Below are positions 1 through 10,019 of a DNA stretch of 32,000 bases, in pieces. The notes beneath the pieces are model-generated. The model worked only from the letters and a program-made list of their open reading frames with translations, was not told the origin of the DNA and did no database searches. Made by a program: the position numbers and the translations under genes. Position 1 is the first letter of the stretch, and each line of letters starts with the position of its first letter. Location of the stretch: contig JBAQBR010000001.1 of the NCBI GenBank assembly GCA_049293675.1, forward strand, positions 228,078-260,077. Direction: 5' to 3'. This DNA comes from Patescibacteria group bacterium. Lineage in GTDB: Bacteria; Patescibacteriota; Gracilibacteria; BD1-5; UBA2023.

Positions 1-382
1 TAAGTATTTGATTAGAAAAAATAAATCAACCAGCACTAATAATATTAGGATTAAGAATTTTCAAAAACTTTTCAACAACTAGAACCAATACTGAGCGCAG
101 ATATTCGAGTCGCTGCTGATTCTCTGGCAAAGTCTCAAGAAAATCATCTATCTCTTTGGATGTTGGAATTCATCAATTTGAAACAAGATTTACTAAATTA
201 GGAGTCCTAAGAATAGCTAAATCTAAGATCTCAGAAGCATCTTTTAATCAATCTGAATTATCTCACAAAATAATATCCTGAACTCTCCCAGAGGATTTTC
301 TATACAATTCCCGAAATAATTGTTGTCTTTTTAACTCAACAAGATTATTAATTTTATCAATGTCTAATTCCGGAAGATTCAT
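1..382 (-). CDS. hypothetical protein (C-terminus runs off the window edge)
   Basis: Minus-strand frame open from ATG at 382..380 to position 2 with no TAA/TAG. In-frame TGA at 263-265, 248-250, 173-175, 170-172 and 26-28 must be read as sense. Starts 10 nt downstream of the pepF stop. AT-rich, with no motif I recognise. Confidence 0.5.
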
Positions 383-392
383 AAAAATTGAA

Positions 393-2174
393 TTATATGA
401 GTTGTTCAAATTCCTCCACCATCTTCTCTACCTCTCTGAGTCCTGCACGATAGAATTCTGGAGAAGCGATATCGATATTGTACCTAGCGAGCAGGTCACG
501 TGGACGCTCACTGCCACCAGCACGGAGGATATCCTTGTAGTCTTCGACTGAGAGAGAACCATCTTGCACCTTGTTGTAGAGGGCAAATGTGAGGAGGTTC
601 CCGAATGCATACGCATAGCAGTAAAACGGCGTGTGGTAGATATGTGGTATCATCGACCATCCAGACTCATCCTCTGGCGCAATATCATGACGCACCACTC
701 CACCATAGAGCTTCTCTTGTTCTCATCTCCAGAGGACATTGAGATCCTTGTATGTGAGCTCTGCGCCTGTATGTATCTGTTCATGGACTTGTCGCTCGAA
801 TACGACATACTGCACCTGACGGAATATAGTAGCAAATATATCCCCGAGACGCTCATTGAGATATTCTTTGTATTCCTCTGTGGAGACGAGAGATTTTACC
901 TTCTCGCCTAATAGCATCTCAGAAAATATCGATGCAGTCTCAGCCATCGAGAGTGGTGAATCATAGACTGGAGCCTCTTGCACCTGAGAGAGGTGTCCAT
1001 GGATAGCATGTCCGAGCTCGTGTGAGATAGTCGAGACATCACGGAGTTTGCCTGTGAAGTTGAGGAGGACGAATGATTCTTCTCACTTGCGGTAGCTCGC
1101 ATAAGCACCACCTCGCTTCCCTGCACGAGGAAATACATCGATACGTTCTTCTTCGATCATGCGCTTAGAATAATCATAGAAGTCAGTATCAAAATCCTGC
1201 ATCACAGAGAGATGAAGATCATAAGCCTCTTCGAATGTGAAGTCCTTGTCTGACTGACCGAGTGGAGCACCAACGTCCCAGACGGAGAAGTCAGAGTCAA
1301 ATCCGAGCATCTTTGCCTTGGCTTGTAGGAATCTCTGATATATTGGGTAAGCCTTCTCTACTTCACTGAGGAGCATACCTACCACCTCATCATCCATCTC
1401 TTCAGAGATATTGCGCTGAGCCATGACATTGGCACCATAACCACGCATCTTGATCTCACTCGTCCAGTCCTTAACTATCGATGTATAGATATTCCCAAGG
1501 GATATCTGATTCTGCTTGGTGTTGTAGACGCGACGAAGTGAGCGATATGCTTCTTCTCGTATACCCCTATCAGTATGCTGACGATAACTACGAACCTCTT
1601 CTTCGGTGAGGTTCTTCTCCTCTCCTGCTATAGTCATAGTGAATTCATACGAACCTGTGAGCTCATCATGGAGACTCCCTGCGAGTCCGAGTGGACGAGA
1701 CTTGAGATTGAGGACATACTCTTCACGCTCACCGAGGATATACTTGATACCGTCAGCGGTCGAGAGGAGATCGTTCTTGAATCGTGCAAGTTCTGGAAGA
1801 GTCGACCACTCCATGATACGATCATATCCTATCTGTTTCCATGCTTGTGCAACGAAGAGGAGCTTGTTCGCAGCTTCGTTGTAGATATAGTCTACTTCCC
1901 CCATCTTCTTGGTCACAGTGAGATCCTGTGTATCGAGTGATGAACGGTAGAAGAGATAGTAACTCGGTGTTGCCATCCGATGAGACATCTCAGTATAGTC
2001 ATGATAGAATTCAAGAATCTGAGCAGATGAGTCAAAAGTCCCAAAAGTTTTCTCATACTTGTCTGCGAATCCGGTTGCAAGAGGAAGAATATTGGCAATA
2101 TCAGCATCGAGACGAGGATCACTGAGGTCAGAGTAAAAATATCGTGCTAGGTTCCAGTTGGTTGGGTAAGACAT
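393..2174 (-). CDS. pepF: oligoendopeptidase F (M3B metallopeptidase)
   Basis: Track ORFs 393..698, 723..983 and 1083..2174 share one frame. They are separated only by TGA (tca at 723-725 and 1083-1085). The joined 593-aa product carries the zinc motif ISHELGH near 1010-1030. The true stop is TAA at 393-395. Confidence 0.9.
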
Positions 2175-2192
2175 AGTGAGGGTTTTTAGTAT

Positions 2193-2660
2193 TTAGTTAA
2201 GAGTTCTGAGGGTAGTGAAGGCTTTTCGGACAATCATATCAAATCCTGGACGCCAATCAGTGTAGTTGTCTATATTAGATTCGCGAATCCATCGAGCCTC
2301 GGAGTGTTCCGTAAGGGTAATTTCTGGTTTTGTATCTATCTCGCGGACATAGCAGAGGAAGATAAATGCACGCTCAGAATATTGTGTTGTCATTTCATAT
2401 CGTTTTTCTGTATGAAAAAGTTGCGTATTGGACTCATCAAGAGAGATATCGATTCCGAGTTCTTCCTGAACTTCCCTACAGAGAGTATAGAGTGGAGGAT
2501 TCTTGCCATCTGATTTGCTTATCTTGCCTCCAGGGAGTTCTCGCCAGAGTGGAAGTCAGGGATATGATTCAACAACTGTCAAAATCTCATCACCACACTT
2601 GAGACAGAGCTTGGTGGCAACGTAGAATGTTTCTTCGTGTATGAGTGGATTATCAGACAT
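2193..2660 (-). CDS. NUDIX hydrolase
   Basis: ORFs 2193..2393 and 2556..2744 are in frame and joined through TGA at 2556-2558. Nudix-box-like GGKISKSDGKNPPLYTLCREVQEELGI. Start chosen at MSDNPLIHEE (ATG at 2660), because the upstream Met at 2744 would overlap a hairpin and T-run. Confidence 0.8.
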
Positions 2661-2757
2661 GTGAGAAGTATATAAAAAATCCCCTCTTTTAAAAGAGAAA
2701 GTTTGATTTTCTGAGATATATATTCCATTCTCAATACTCTTCACTCTATACTCTATA

Positions 2758-3360
2758 CTACTTCTTAAACTTCAGGAACTTGAGGAGTGCTTCGCGTGTA
2801 GCCATGATATCTCCCGTGGCTGTATGTGCATCATATCCTGTGATATGGAGTCTATCAGCGATACCTCCAGGCTTGGAGAGACTCGTACTCGTGAATGGAA
2901 GTGGTATCTTGTTGTATCTCGCGATGGCATTGGCCTGATTGGCTATCGACTTGGTATCGATGATATCATTGCCGAGCTTTTCATAGAGCTTCTCTCGACG
3001 CGCATTGGCAAAAACACTAGCAAGAAATGCTATATCTGCAGTAATATACTGTCCTATGATAATCGGCTTCTGTCCCCCACCGAAGTATGTCTCAAGAAAT
3101 CCATCCCAATAATCACAGAACTCTTCATAAGACTTACCCATCGCGATACGATCCAGTGTGAATCAGTTATACTCAAGTGAAGCGGGATCAATAATCACAT
3201 TGTCTGGTGGACAGAGATCCATATGGAAGTCCCCAATAATCTCAAAAAGGTCATCCATAACAATGGCGCCCACTTCAACAACACCATGTTGAAAAGGATT
3301 GAGCCCCGTCATCTCGAGATCGAGAACGAGATATGTTCACTTTTTCGGTTGATTTTCCAT
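2758..3360 (-). CDS. DEDDh-type 3'-5' exonuclease (DnaQ/Orn-like)
   Basis: N-terminus MENQPKKGTYLVLDLEMTGLNP (Exo I) is recovered by reading two in-frame TGAs upstream of track ORF 2758..3141. Exo III-like HTATGDIMATREAL near the C-terminus. 200 aa, TAG stop at 2758-2760. Confidence 0.8.
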
Positions 3361-3429
3361 CAGAAAATTATAATATATCGGAAATGCCGATAGAGCAATA
3401 TATTTATATTTGTTTTTTTGTCAAAAAAT

Positions 3430-4032
3430 ATGCCAAAACCGTTTATCATTCACGATCCGTACTTTGAAAAGGCGAAAAAACTCGGCTACCGTGCGCGGAG
3501 TGCATTCAAGCTCCTTGAAATACAAGAGAAGTTCAATATCATCAAACCTCGTATGAATGTTCTGGACGTTGCTGCAGCACCAGGAAGCTTTCTCCAGGTG
3601 ATTGCCAAGATAATCGGTCAAGAAGGAAAGGCTGTTTGAATTGATATACAGAAGATAGATCCCAACTTTGGCTTTCCCAATATCCACCTCCTACAAGAGA
3701 GTATCTTCGAATATGAGAAAATCCGTATATATCTCGATTCACTTGGAATCTGACAGTTCGATCTCATCACTTCAGATATTGCTCCATCAACAACTGGTAT
3801 GACAGGGGTAGATCAATATCGTTCCGTAGAACTCAATCTCGCAATCCTGGATGTAGCCAAGGCATTCCTGAAGAAGTGAGGCAATCTCGTACTGAAGGTA
3901 TTCGTCTGAGAAGATGTGAATGATCTGATGTTCCCACTCAAGGAGCACTTCAACAAGGTAAGTAGATTCAAGCCCAAGGCATGTCGTGATAGGAGCTTCG
4001 AGGAATACTTCATCTGTATATGAAAAAAATAG
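3430..4032 (+). CDS. rlmE: 23S rRNA 2'-O-ribose (U2552) methyltransferase RlmE/FtsJ
   Basis: DPYFEKAKKLGYRARSAFKLLEI, VLDVAAAPGSFLQV, DLITSDIAP and GGNLVLKVF. Continues through TGA at 3637-3639 plus four more TGAs to TAG at 4030-4032. ATG at 3430 is preferred over the TTG at 3418 used by the track. Confidence 0.9.
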
Positions 4033-4055
4033 TCCGATATATCGGACTATTTTTT
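4031..4055. terminator. bidirectional rho-independent terminator shared by rlmE and the DUF177 gene
   Basis: Perfect hairpin AGTCCGATATATCGGACT flanked by an A-run (4023-4030) and a T-run (4050-4055). It lies between two convergent stop codons. Confidence 0.8.
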
Positions 4056-4422
4056 AGAATGAGTAACACGCCATAACAATCTCTTCGCGAATAACAGGAG
4101 CAAGGTCAATCGTCATAGAGCGGACATCGAGTTGTTTTATATCATCATCGTCTGTTTCTGGATCGATATTTTTTTTCCATGTACGTTCGAAGTTACCGAT
4201 ATTCACGGTATGTATTTTTTCTTCGTAGAGGACTGTGGTTTTGAGGTTCTCAAATATTACACTCACACCCTCATCGAGAGCAATAATCTGGAGTGTGAAC
4301 TCAAGTGGCTTCTTGAATGATATATCTTCCATGTATCCATCAAAAACTTCTCCAGAAAAAGAAAACTTCTTCGAGTCTCAAGTATATGATGATAATATAT
4401 CTCCAACCGGAATAGTAAACAT
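4054..4422 (-). CDS. DUF177/YceD-family protein (large-subunit rRNA accumulation protein-like)
   Basis: Track ORF 4054..4332 extends upstream through TGA at 4378-4380 to ATG at 4422 (MFTIPVGDILSSYTGDSKKFSFSGEVF...). The acidic ETDDDDIKQLD segment and the overall length are typical of DUF177. Confidence 0.7.
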
Positions 4423-4449
4423 ACCTAATATCTAATAACTAATATCAAC

Positions 4450-5007
4450 CTAAGCATCCATCGCTTTCATAGCATCGAGAGCTACGGTGTTTCCTGTTTT
4501 CTCGAAGAGTATGCGAGCCTCATCTTCGAGCCCTGCAGCCATGAGCGCCACTCAGAGATCATTCACTATCATCATCTCACCAGGTGCAAGGTGATGAGCA
4601 CGGCGAAGGAGCGAGAGTCCACGAGGGATTGCCCCCTTCATCACATATGCCCAACCGAGATTGCGGATAACTTCAGCGTTGTTGGGCATGAGTGTATTGG
4701 CACGAGTGAGCACCTCGATAGCATGATCAAAATCCCCTCTCGCAACAGCAATATATCACTCGAGATATGTCCCTGTTCCACTCTCAGGATGGAGTGTACG
4801 AGCATAACTAATCACTTCTTCTGCCTTCTCAAGATTGTTCTCGAAGAGATAGATATCAGCAAGTTCCTCGTAGAGACGATAGTCATCAGTATACTTAGTC
4901 AGTGCTTGCAATGCTGCATCACGCGCCTCGATATACTTGTTCTCTTGCTTAAGGAGTTCGATAGATTCGATAACTGCCTCAACCGGATGTGAAAAAGATG
5001 AATTCAT
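4450..5007 (-). CDS. tetratricopeptide (TPR) repeat protein
   Basis: ORF 4756..5007 is joined through TGA at 4756-4758 and one more TGA to TAG at 4450-4452 (186 codons). Repeated 34-aa TPR-like units, e.g. YRLYEELADIYLFENNLEKAEEVISYA and GDFDHAIEVLTRANTLMPNNAEVIRNLGWAY. Confidence 0.75.
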
Positions 5008-5087
5008 AGCTCGAATTATAAGTTTTTTGGTAGGAAAATCAAGGGAAAGGAAAAAATTGACAGATTAATTTTATTATGGAAAATAAC

Positions 5088-5114
5088 TTGACAAAGTTTA
5101 CTAAATGCTATAAT
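5088..5114 (+). promoter_or_regulatory. sigma-70-like promoter for the 5138 gene
   Basis: Perfect TTGACA (5088-5093) and TGcTATAAT (extended -10, 5106-5114). The spacer is only 15 nt. It lies 24 nt upstream of the ATG at 5138. Confidence 0.5.
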
Positions 5115-5137
5115 AGATGGAAATTAACTATATTTAT

Positions 5138-5689
5138 ATGACTAATCATCCAAGTGTACCTGAACAATCTCCCTGAGATACAGAACAAACTTATAAGATT
5201 CAGTTTCAGTATCTAGATTGAAGTTGAGATAGTTGAAGGTGACACTCTATAGTCTGAGTACAAACAAAAAATACTAAGAAGATAGTACATTATCTTGAAT
5301 GGGATAGTAGACGTATCATAGATAGTTCTAGCAATATTGAGCCTGTTGAAAAAGGGCTAGGTGATTCTTGTGTAAATTGTGGCTATCATAGACCTTCTTG
5401 GGTTGGGGAAATATTTGAAAAAACGACAAAGTGACTTACTTGTCTCCAGTTGGATAGGCCTGATCATCATGCTCAACGTACTCTCCCATCTGATGATGGT
5501 AAGACTGTAGTGAAGGGTTGTATATGTCCTCATCATACTGAACAATGAAGCCAAGAATGGTATGAAAAGGTTATAGATACACAAAAATCTTTTCTCGTTG
5601 TTACAGATTGAGAAATCGTATATGATTATTCAGATTTTTCAGTTACTTATGGAAAGTGAGGAGTACCGAAAATCACTCCCAAATACTAA
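5138..5689 (+). CDS. hypothetical Cys/His-rich protein, visible only under TGA=Gly
   Basis: 183-codon frame from ATG 5138 to TAA 5687-5689 with 9 in-frame TGA and no TAA/TAG. Contains CVNCGYH, a further Cys (GLTCLQ) and CICPHH. Has its own promoter-like element and a strong downstream terminator. Nothing is called on this strand in the standard-code track. Confidence 0.6.
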
Positions 5690-5696
5690 TATCATC

Positions 5697-5728
5697 AAAA
5701 AACCTCAGACCTATGCCTGAGGTTTTTT
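5697..5728. terminator. bidirectional rho-independent terminator
   Basis: AAAAAACCTCAG-acctatgc-CTGAGGTTTTTT. An A-run and a T-run flank an 8-bp stem. The hairpin overlaps the last codons and the TAG stop (5711-5713) of rlmN. Confidence 0.8.
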
Positions 5729-6799
5729 GATAGTCTTGCCAGTTTCGGTTGCGAGTGACTTGCCTTCTTCCTTGAGTGCGAGCTGACCACAAGCAGCATC
5801 GATATCATCACCCATCGTATGACGAACGGTTGATGGTATGCCATAGTTATCGAGTGTATCTTGGAATTTTTTGATGATCATTTTTGATGTTGGGAGGAAT
5901 CCATCAGAGTCACTTCCCTCTCCTGGATTGTACGGGATAAAGTTTACATGTGCGAGTCGCCCCTTGAGAAGTTCACCAAGTTCACGAGCGTACTCAAGTC
6001 TATCAGTGACTCAATTGATCATGATGTATTCGTAGAATACCCGCTTATTCGTGATTGCAACATACTCATCGATACTCGCCATGAGGACATCGATAGGATA
6101 TGTCTCCTCAACAGGCATGATACGTTTGCGGGCTTCATCGTTGGGCGCATGAAGAGATACCGCAAGTGATACCTGTGGGAAGTCGCGAGCGAAGTCCACA
6201 ATACGTGGGGCAATACCACACGTCGAGACAGTGATACGACGATTCGAGAGGTCGAGCTTCTTCTGGCTACAAGCTATATTGATAGATTTTTTTACTTGTT
6301 CGTAGTTGAGCAGTGGCTCACCCATACCCATATAGACGATATTGCGGAGCTTGCGGTCTTCGCGGGCAAGATGATGCACTGCCCACATAATCTGATCGAT
6401 GATCTCAGAGAACTCGAGATTGCGGATGAGTCCGAGCTTCCCTGTAGCACAGAAGCTACACGCCATAGGACAACCTGCCTGAGAACTCACACAGAGTGTA
6501 TTGCGACCTGAGAGATGACGCATGATAACAGCCTCGATGAGCTTGTCATCATGTGTACGGAAGAGGAACTTGGTTGTCTGTCACTCTGAATCAGTCTTCT
6601 CAGAGTGGAGTGTGAGGGAGGTATACGAGCAATTCTCTACAAGGAGTTCACGGATGTCCTTCGGAAGTGTCTCAATAAGGTCAAAATCCGTAATCAGATT
6701 CTTGTATATAGCATTCTCTATCTGGGCATAGCGAAACTTCTTGTGTCCATGGGACTCAAGGAGAGTAATAATCTGAGATTCGTCGTGTATGGAAAACAT
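5711..6799 (-). CDS. rlmN: 23S rRNA/tRNA adenine-C2 methyltransferase RlmN (radical SAM)
   Basis: Three in-frame pieces (6581..6799, 6011..6523, 5711..6010) are joined by TGA at 6581-6583 and 6011-6013. Radical-SAM motif GCPMACSFCATG, plus GMGEPLLN and C-terminal DIDAACGQL. 362 aa. Confidence 0.9.
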
Positions 6800-6811
6800 A
6801 AATAATGATAA

Positions 6812-7180
6812 TTAACTGTGTGCCTTTTCTTTTTTCTGGCGGATGAGCTCTTTCATGCGGCGGGCTTTGTCTTGGAGAGGATTGCCAGTCTTGCGAGCAA
6901 AACTGGAACCACACCCACAGTGAGTATTCACAGCTTCACCTGAGACAATCCACTTAGTTCCAGAGCGAGTGATGCGGATATCTCTAAAAAAATCTGATTC
7001 GGAACCACGAGTATGAAAAGTTATACTATCCTGACCTACGATTTTTGTATCCATTCATGGAGAGATTCATTCTTCGATTTGGACTTTTTCTCCTGCACAT
7101 CCACGGGCAATGAGAAAACAAGAGACATCAGTGATGTCTCGAGCTTGCCAGTCAGAGATGGTACGAGAATCAAAAATCAT
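6812..7180 (-). CDS. IscA/ErpA/HesB-type Fe-S cluster insertion protein with a basic C-terminal tail
   Basis: ATG at 7180. Two TGAs precede track ORF 6812..7054. ARGCAGEKVQI and the family signature CGCGSSF are present. They are followed by an unusual Lys/Arg-rich tail, RKTGNPLQDKARRMKELIRQKKEKAHS. Confidence 0.7.
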
Positions 7181-7250
7181 AGTAACTGCTTACATTCAAA
7201 AATGAAATAAAATTTTCAAAAACAAGAAGTTCGTGGTTTTTTAGAATTTC

Positions 7251-7679
7251 CTAGAGTCCGAGGAGGATGGCTGCTGTCGTAAAACCAATGATACCGCCTG
7301 CAAGTGCCTCAATTGGAGTATGTCCAAGAGTCTCATTGAGTTCATTGCCATCATCTGGAGTGAGCTCATTGAGTGCCTTGGCATGGAGTCATGCCTGGTA
7401 TCGGACATTCATCGCATCATAGATAATGATGATAGAGAACACAAGACATATCATGAACTCATCACTCCATGGACCGTTCTTGATGCCCATAGAGGTAGCA
7501 AGTGCGATAACAAACGTTGAGTGAGCAGAAGGCATACCCCCACTTCCAAGCATATTAGAAAAACTAAATTTTCCTTTCGTAGCATGAACGACCCCCTTTA
7601 CAACTATGGCAACAAAAAGTGCCGTAAAAGGAATAAGGAGTGTATATGAATACAGGTATGTCTGGAATTGTTCAAACAT
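7251..7679 (-). CDS. divergent PAP2 (DUF212/YuiD-like) membrane protein
   Basis: GSGGMPSAHSTFVIALATS and YDAMNVRYQA-(TGA)-LHAKALNE are typical of this family. Start set at MFEQFQ (ATG at 7679) so that it does not overlap greA. TAG stop at 7251-7253. Confidence 0.7.
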
Positions 7680-7689
7680 AGAGAGAGGA

Positions 7690-8178
7690 TTATCGAGACT
7701 CGACAATGACGTATTCTTTTTTCCCAGCAGGAGAGACAACTGAGATAGTGTCTCCAACATTCTTTCCAACTATTGCCTTACCAAGTGGTGACTCATTACT
7801 AATCTTCCCATCGAGGATAGATGCTTCCTGGGAACCAACGATAATATAAGTGATTTTATCTTTTGATGTGACTTCTTCTACTGTTACAGTAGCACCAACA
7901 TTGATACCTGCTTTACGCTTTTTTCCTGACTTCTCTTCTTCGATAATCTCATAATTTCCTGGCTTGAGGAGCTCTTCGAGTTCTGCGATACGGAGCTCAA
8001 CTTGAGCCTGATCATCACGAGCTTCCTGATATTCAGCATTTTCAGAGAGGTCTCCATAAGAGATAGCTTCTTTGAGCTTATTGGCAATCTCTACACGTTT
8101 TTCTTCACGGAGAACACGGAGTTCTTCTTGGAGTTCTGCGAGACCTGAAGAGGTAAGAAGAATTTTTTTATCAGACAT
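7690..8178 (-). CDS. greA: transcription elongation factor GreA
   Basis: Intact 162-aa ORF with no TGA. Signature GDLSENAEYQEARDDQ, an N-terminal coiled coil and a C-terminal FKBP-like domain. Confidence 0.95.
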   Translation of the reverse strand: MSDKKILLTSSGLAELQEELRVLREEKRVEIANKLKEAISYGDLSENAEYQEARDDQAQVELRIAELEELLKPGNYEIIEEEKSGKKRKAGINVGATVTVEEVTSKDKITYIIVGSQEASILDGKISNESPLGKAIVGKNVGDTISVVSPAGKKEYVIVESR

Positions 8179-8187
8179 GGGTAAGAG

Positions 8188-8214
8188 GGATTAGGAATTA
8201 GGAATTAGGTATTA
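8188..8214. repeat. heptamer microsatellite (TTAGGWA)x3 in the greA leader
   Basis: ggaTTAGGAATTAGGAATTAGGTAtta, between the greA start (8178) and the stop of the upstream gene (8212). Confidence 0.8.
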
Positions 8215-8880
8215 CTTTTTTAACAGAAGTGACTTGATAACTGGGAATCTTGTCTTTGGTATCTCAAGGACGATACACTGGGACTCTATCTCTATCACAA
8301 GGCGGACAAGAGTATCTGCTTTTGGGGGATTGACATAGAAGCTTCGAAATGGAAATGGTTTGTCTTTATCATTCACTGTGTATACATCAGCACCAACTGC
8401 TTTCATATTTTTGAGGAATACATCATACTTGATAGAGAGAGGTATTGCTTTTATTCCCTGCTTAGCATCCAGATATGTAGAGTACTCCGTAGACTTGTCG
8501 AATATAAGCAGCTCATAGATACCAGTATTCTGAACGAGGGAGAACTCCAGTGTAGGCATCACCTTGGCAAGGAACTTTCCAGAAATTGGAATTACAACTT
8601 TACCAGATGCAGTTGAACCACTCGTTGTCTCATTTTCTAGCATTACCCCTCCTCATTGTGAGGAAGTAAGTGCCTCTACCTTTTCCATAAGTTCATTGAT
8701 TTTTTCTTCATTCTTTATCTGGTATTTGAGTGTTTCAAGTTCGATAGGTGTCTCTGGTTGTTTGACTGTACTTGTTCTTGTTGGAAGAGTAAATCATCAC
8801 TCTTTTCCTGCAAGCGAGTAGACAATACTCCCGATAAATACGAGGGCTGTCAGTGCAAGAGTAATAAGAGCAATACGCAT
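8212..8880 (-). CDS. hypothetical membrane-anchored or secreted protein
   Basis: ATG at 8880 gives the hydrophobic N-terminus MRIALITLALTALVFIGSIVYSLAG. Three in-frame TGAs (encoding GG and G) join it to track ORF 8212..8643. 222 aa, no recognisable family. Confidence 0.6.
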
Positions 8881-8888
8881 AAATACAA

Positions 8889-8912
8889 GTTAAAAGTTAA
8901 AAGTTAAAAGTT
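8889..8912. repeat. heptamer microsatellite (GTTAAAA)x3
   Basis: GTTAAAAGTTAAAAGTTAAAAGTT, between the start of the 8212..8880 gene and the nusG stop. Confidence 0.85.
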
Positions 8913-8942
8913 CTAAAATAACAACTCATAACTCAAACCACT

Positions 8943-9497
8943 TTACTTCTTTTTCGAGACACTCGCGAATTCGATCTCAACTGGAGTATCACGACCAAGG
9001 AGATTGATCATGATCTTCACAAGACCCTTTTGGGTATTGATCTCGATAACCTTTCCTTCACTTCATTCGAATGGACCATTTTTGACCGTAACATAGTCCC
9101 CTGCTTGCATATCTGTCTTGTACTCTTCACTCTTCTCAGTGAGGATACCTTTGAGTTGCTCGAGTTCAGCACCACTTACAGGAACTGGAACCGTACCTGC
9201 ACCAAGAAAACCAGTTACATTCGGAGTATTACGAACAATATACCATGATTCATTAGTTACAATCATGCGAACAAGGATATATCCAGGGAAGATATTCTTT
9301 TGTTTTTTTACTTTTACACCTCCAGCACGTATGGAGATAGAGTCATGTGTTGGGACGAATACATCGAGAAGGTAGTTCTCCAGACCGAATGCCTCACGAC
9401 GCTGCATGAGTGATTCTTTTACATTGCCTTCTGTACCAGAGATAACGCGGATAACATACCATTCTCATTCTGTTTTTGGAGAGAGAAGATCGAACAT
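8943..9497 (-). CDS. nusG: transcription termination/antitermination factor NusG
   Basis: MFDLLSPKTE-(TGA)-EWYVIRVISGTEGNVKESL N-terminal NGN domain. KOW motif GDYVTVKNGPFE-(TGA at 9063-9065)-SEGKVIEI. 184 aa, directly downstream of secE. Confidence 0.9.
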
Positions 9498-9524
9498 AAT
9501 AGATAGAGGGATTAGAGATACAAA

Positions 9525-9863
9525 TTATTCAGCGATAGCACCAGTGAGGTCAATTGTGATTCCAGTGTTAGTAGAGCCAGTATTGGTTGCACCTGATTGT
9601 GAGAGCTTCTGTTCAAGAGCCTCTGTGATATCATCGAGTTCACCCTGAGTAACTGTATCAGATACAGGAGATACGATATCATGAGGGAAAAGTCCACGAA
9701 CTGCAACGAGTCCAGACTGGATAAGAAAACCGAGGGCCATAAGAAGAACTGTCACAACAACAATAACAACTATATTGTACATCATGTATTTTTTGGTCTC
9801 ATTGGGAGTAGGCCATACAACATGCTCGAGTTCTGCTTGCGCATCACGAAGGAATTTGAACAT
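9525..9863 (-). CDS. secE: preprotein translocase subunit SecE with an extended C-terminal tail
   Basis: ELEHVVWPTPNETKKY followed by one TM helix (IVVIVVVTVLLMALGFLIQ). Conserved position immediately upstream of nusG. About 50 extra C-terminal residues. Confidence 0.85.
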   Translation of the reverse strand: MFKFLRDAQAELEHVVWPTPNETKKYMMYNIVVIVVVTVLLMALGFLIQSGLVAVRGLFPHDIVSPVSDTVTQGELDDITEALEQKLSQSGATNTGSTNTGITIDLTGAIAE

Positions 9864-9930
9864 AAAAGGAAAAGATAAGGTTTTACGAACGGAATTATAT
9901 GAAAAAAATGGAGAGAGTCAAAGCATTTTA

Positions 9931-9950
9931 AAATCCCCTAATGGGGACTT
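9931..9950 (-). terminator. second (back-up) terminator hairpin downstream of the giant gene
   Basis: TCCCC-taat-GGGGA. On the minus strand it is followed by ATTTTAAAAT. Confidence 0.45.
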
Positions 9951-9992
9951 AATGTTGGAGTGATTATAGCGAAAGATTGTGAAAGTCAATAT

Positions 9993-10017
9993 AAAATCCC
10001 GATTGCTCGGGATTTTA
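9993..10017. terminator. rho-independent terminator immediately after the giant gene
   Basis: AAAATCCCGattgcTCGGGATTTT, a symmetric hairpin with flanking A and T runs. It begins 3 nt after the stop codon at 10020-10022. Confidence 0.8.
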
Positions 10018-10019
10018 TA

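Noticed and set aside
2672-2700. Possible terminator CTCTTTTAAAAGAG plus a T-run downstream of the exonuclease gene.
   Set aside because: The stem is almost entirely A-T and only 7 bp, so it is too weak to call confidently. It was used only as a minor argument for the NUDIX start choice.
9864-10019. tRNA (for example tRNA-Trp) upstream of secE, as in many bacteria.
   Set aside because: No cloverleaf-compatible sequence and no T-loop GTTCRANYC motif. The region is explained by two terminator hairpins plus the secE promoter zone.
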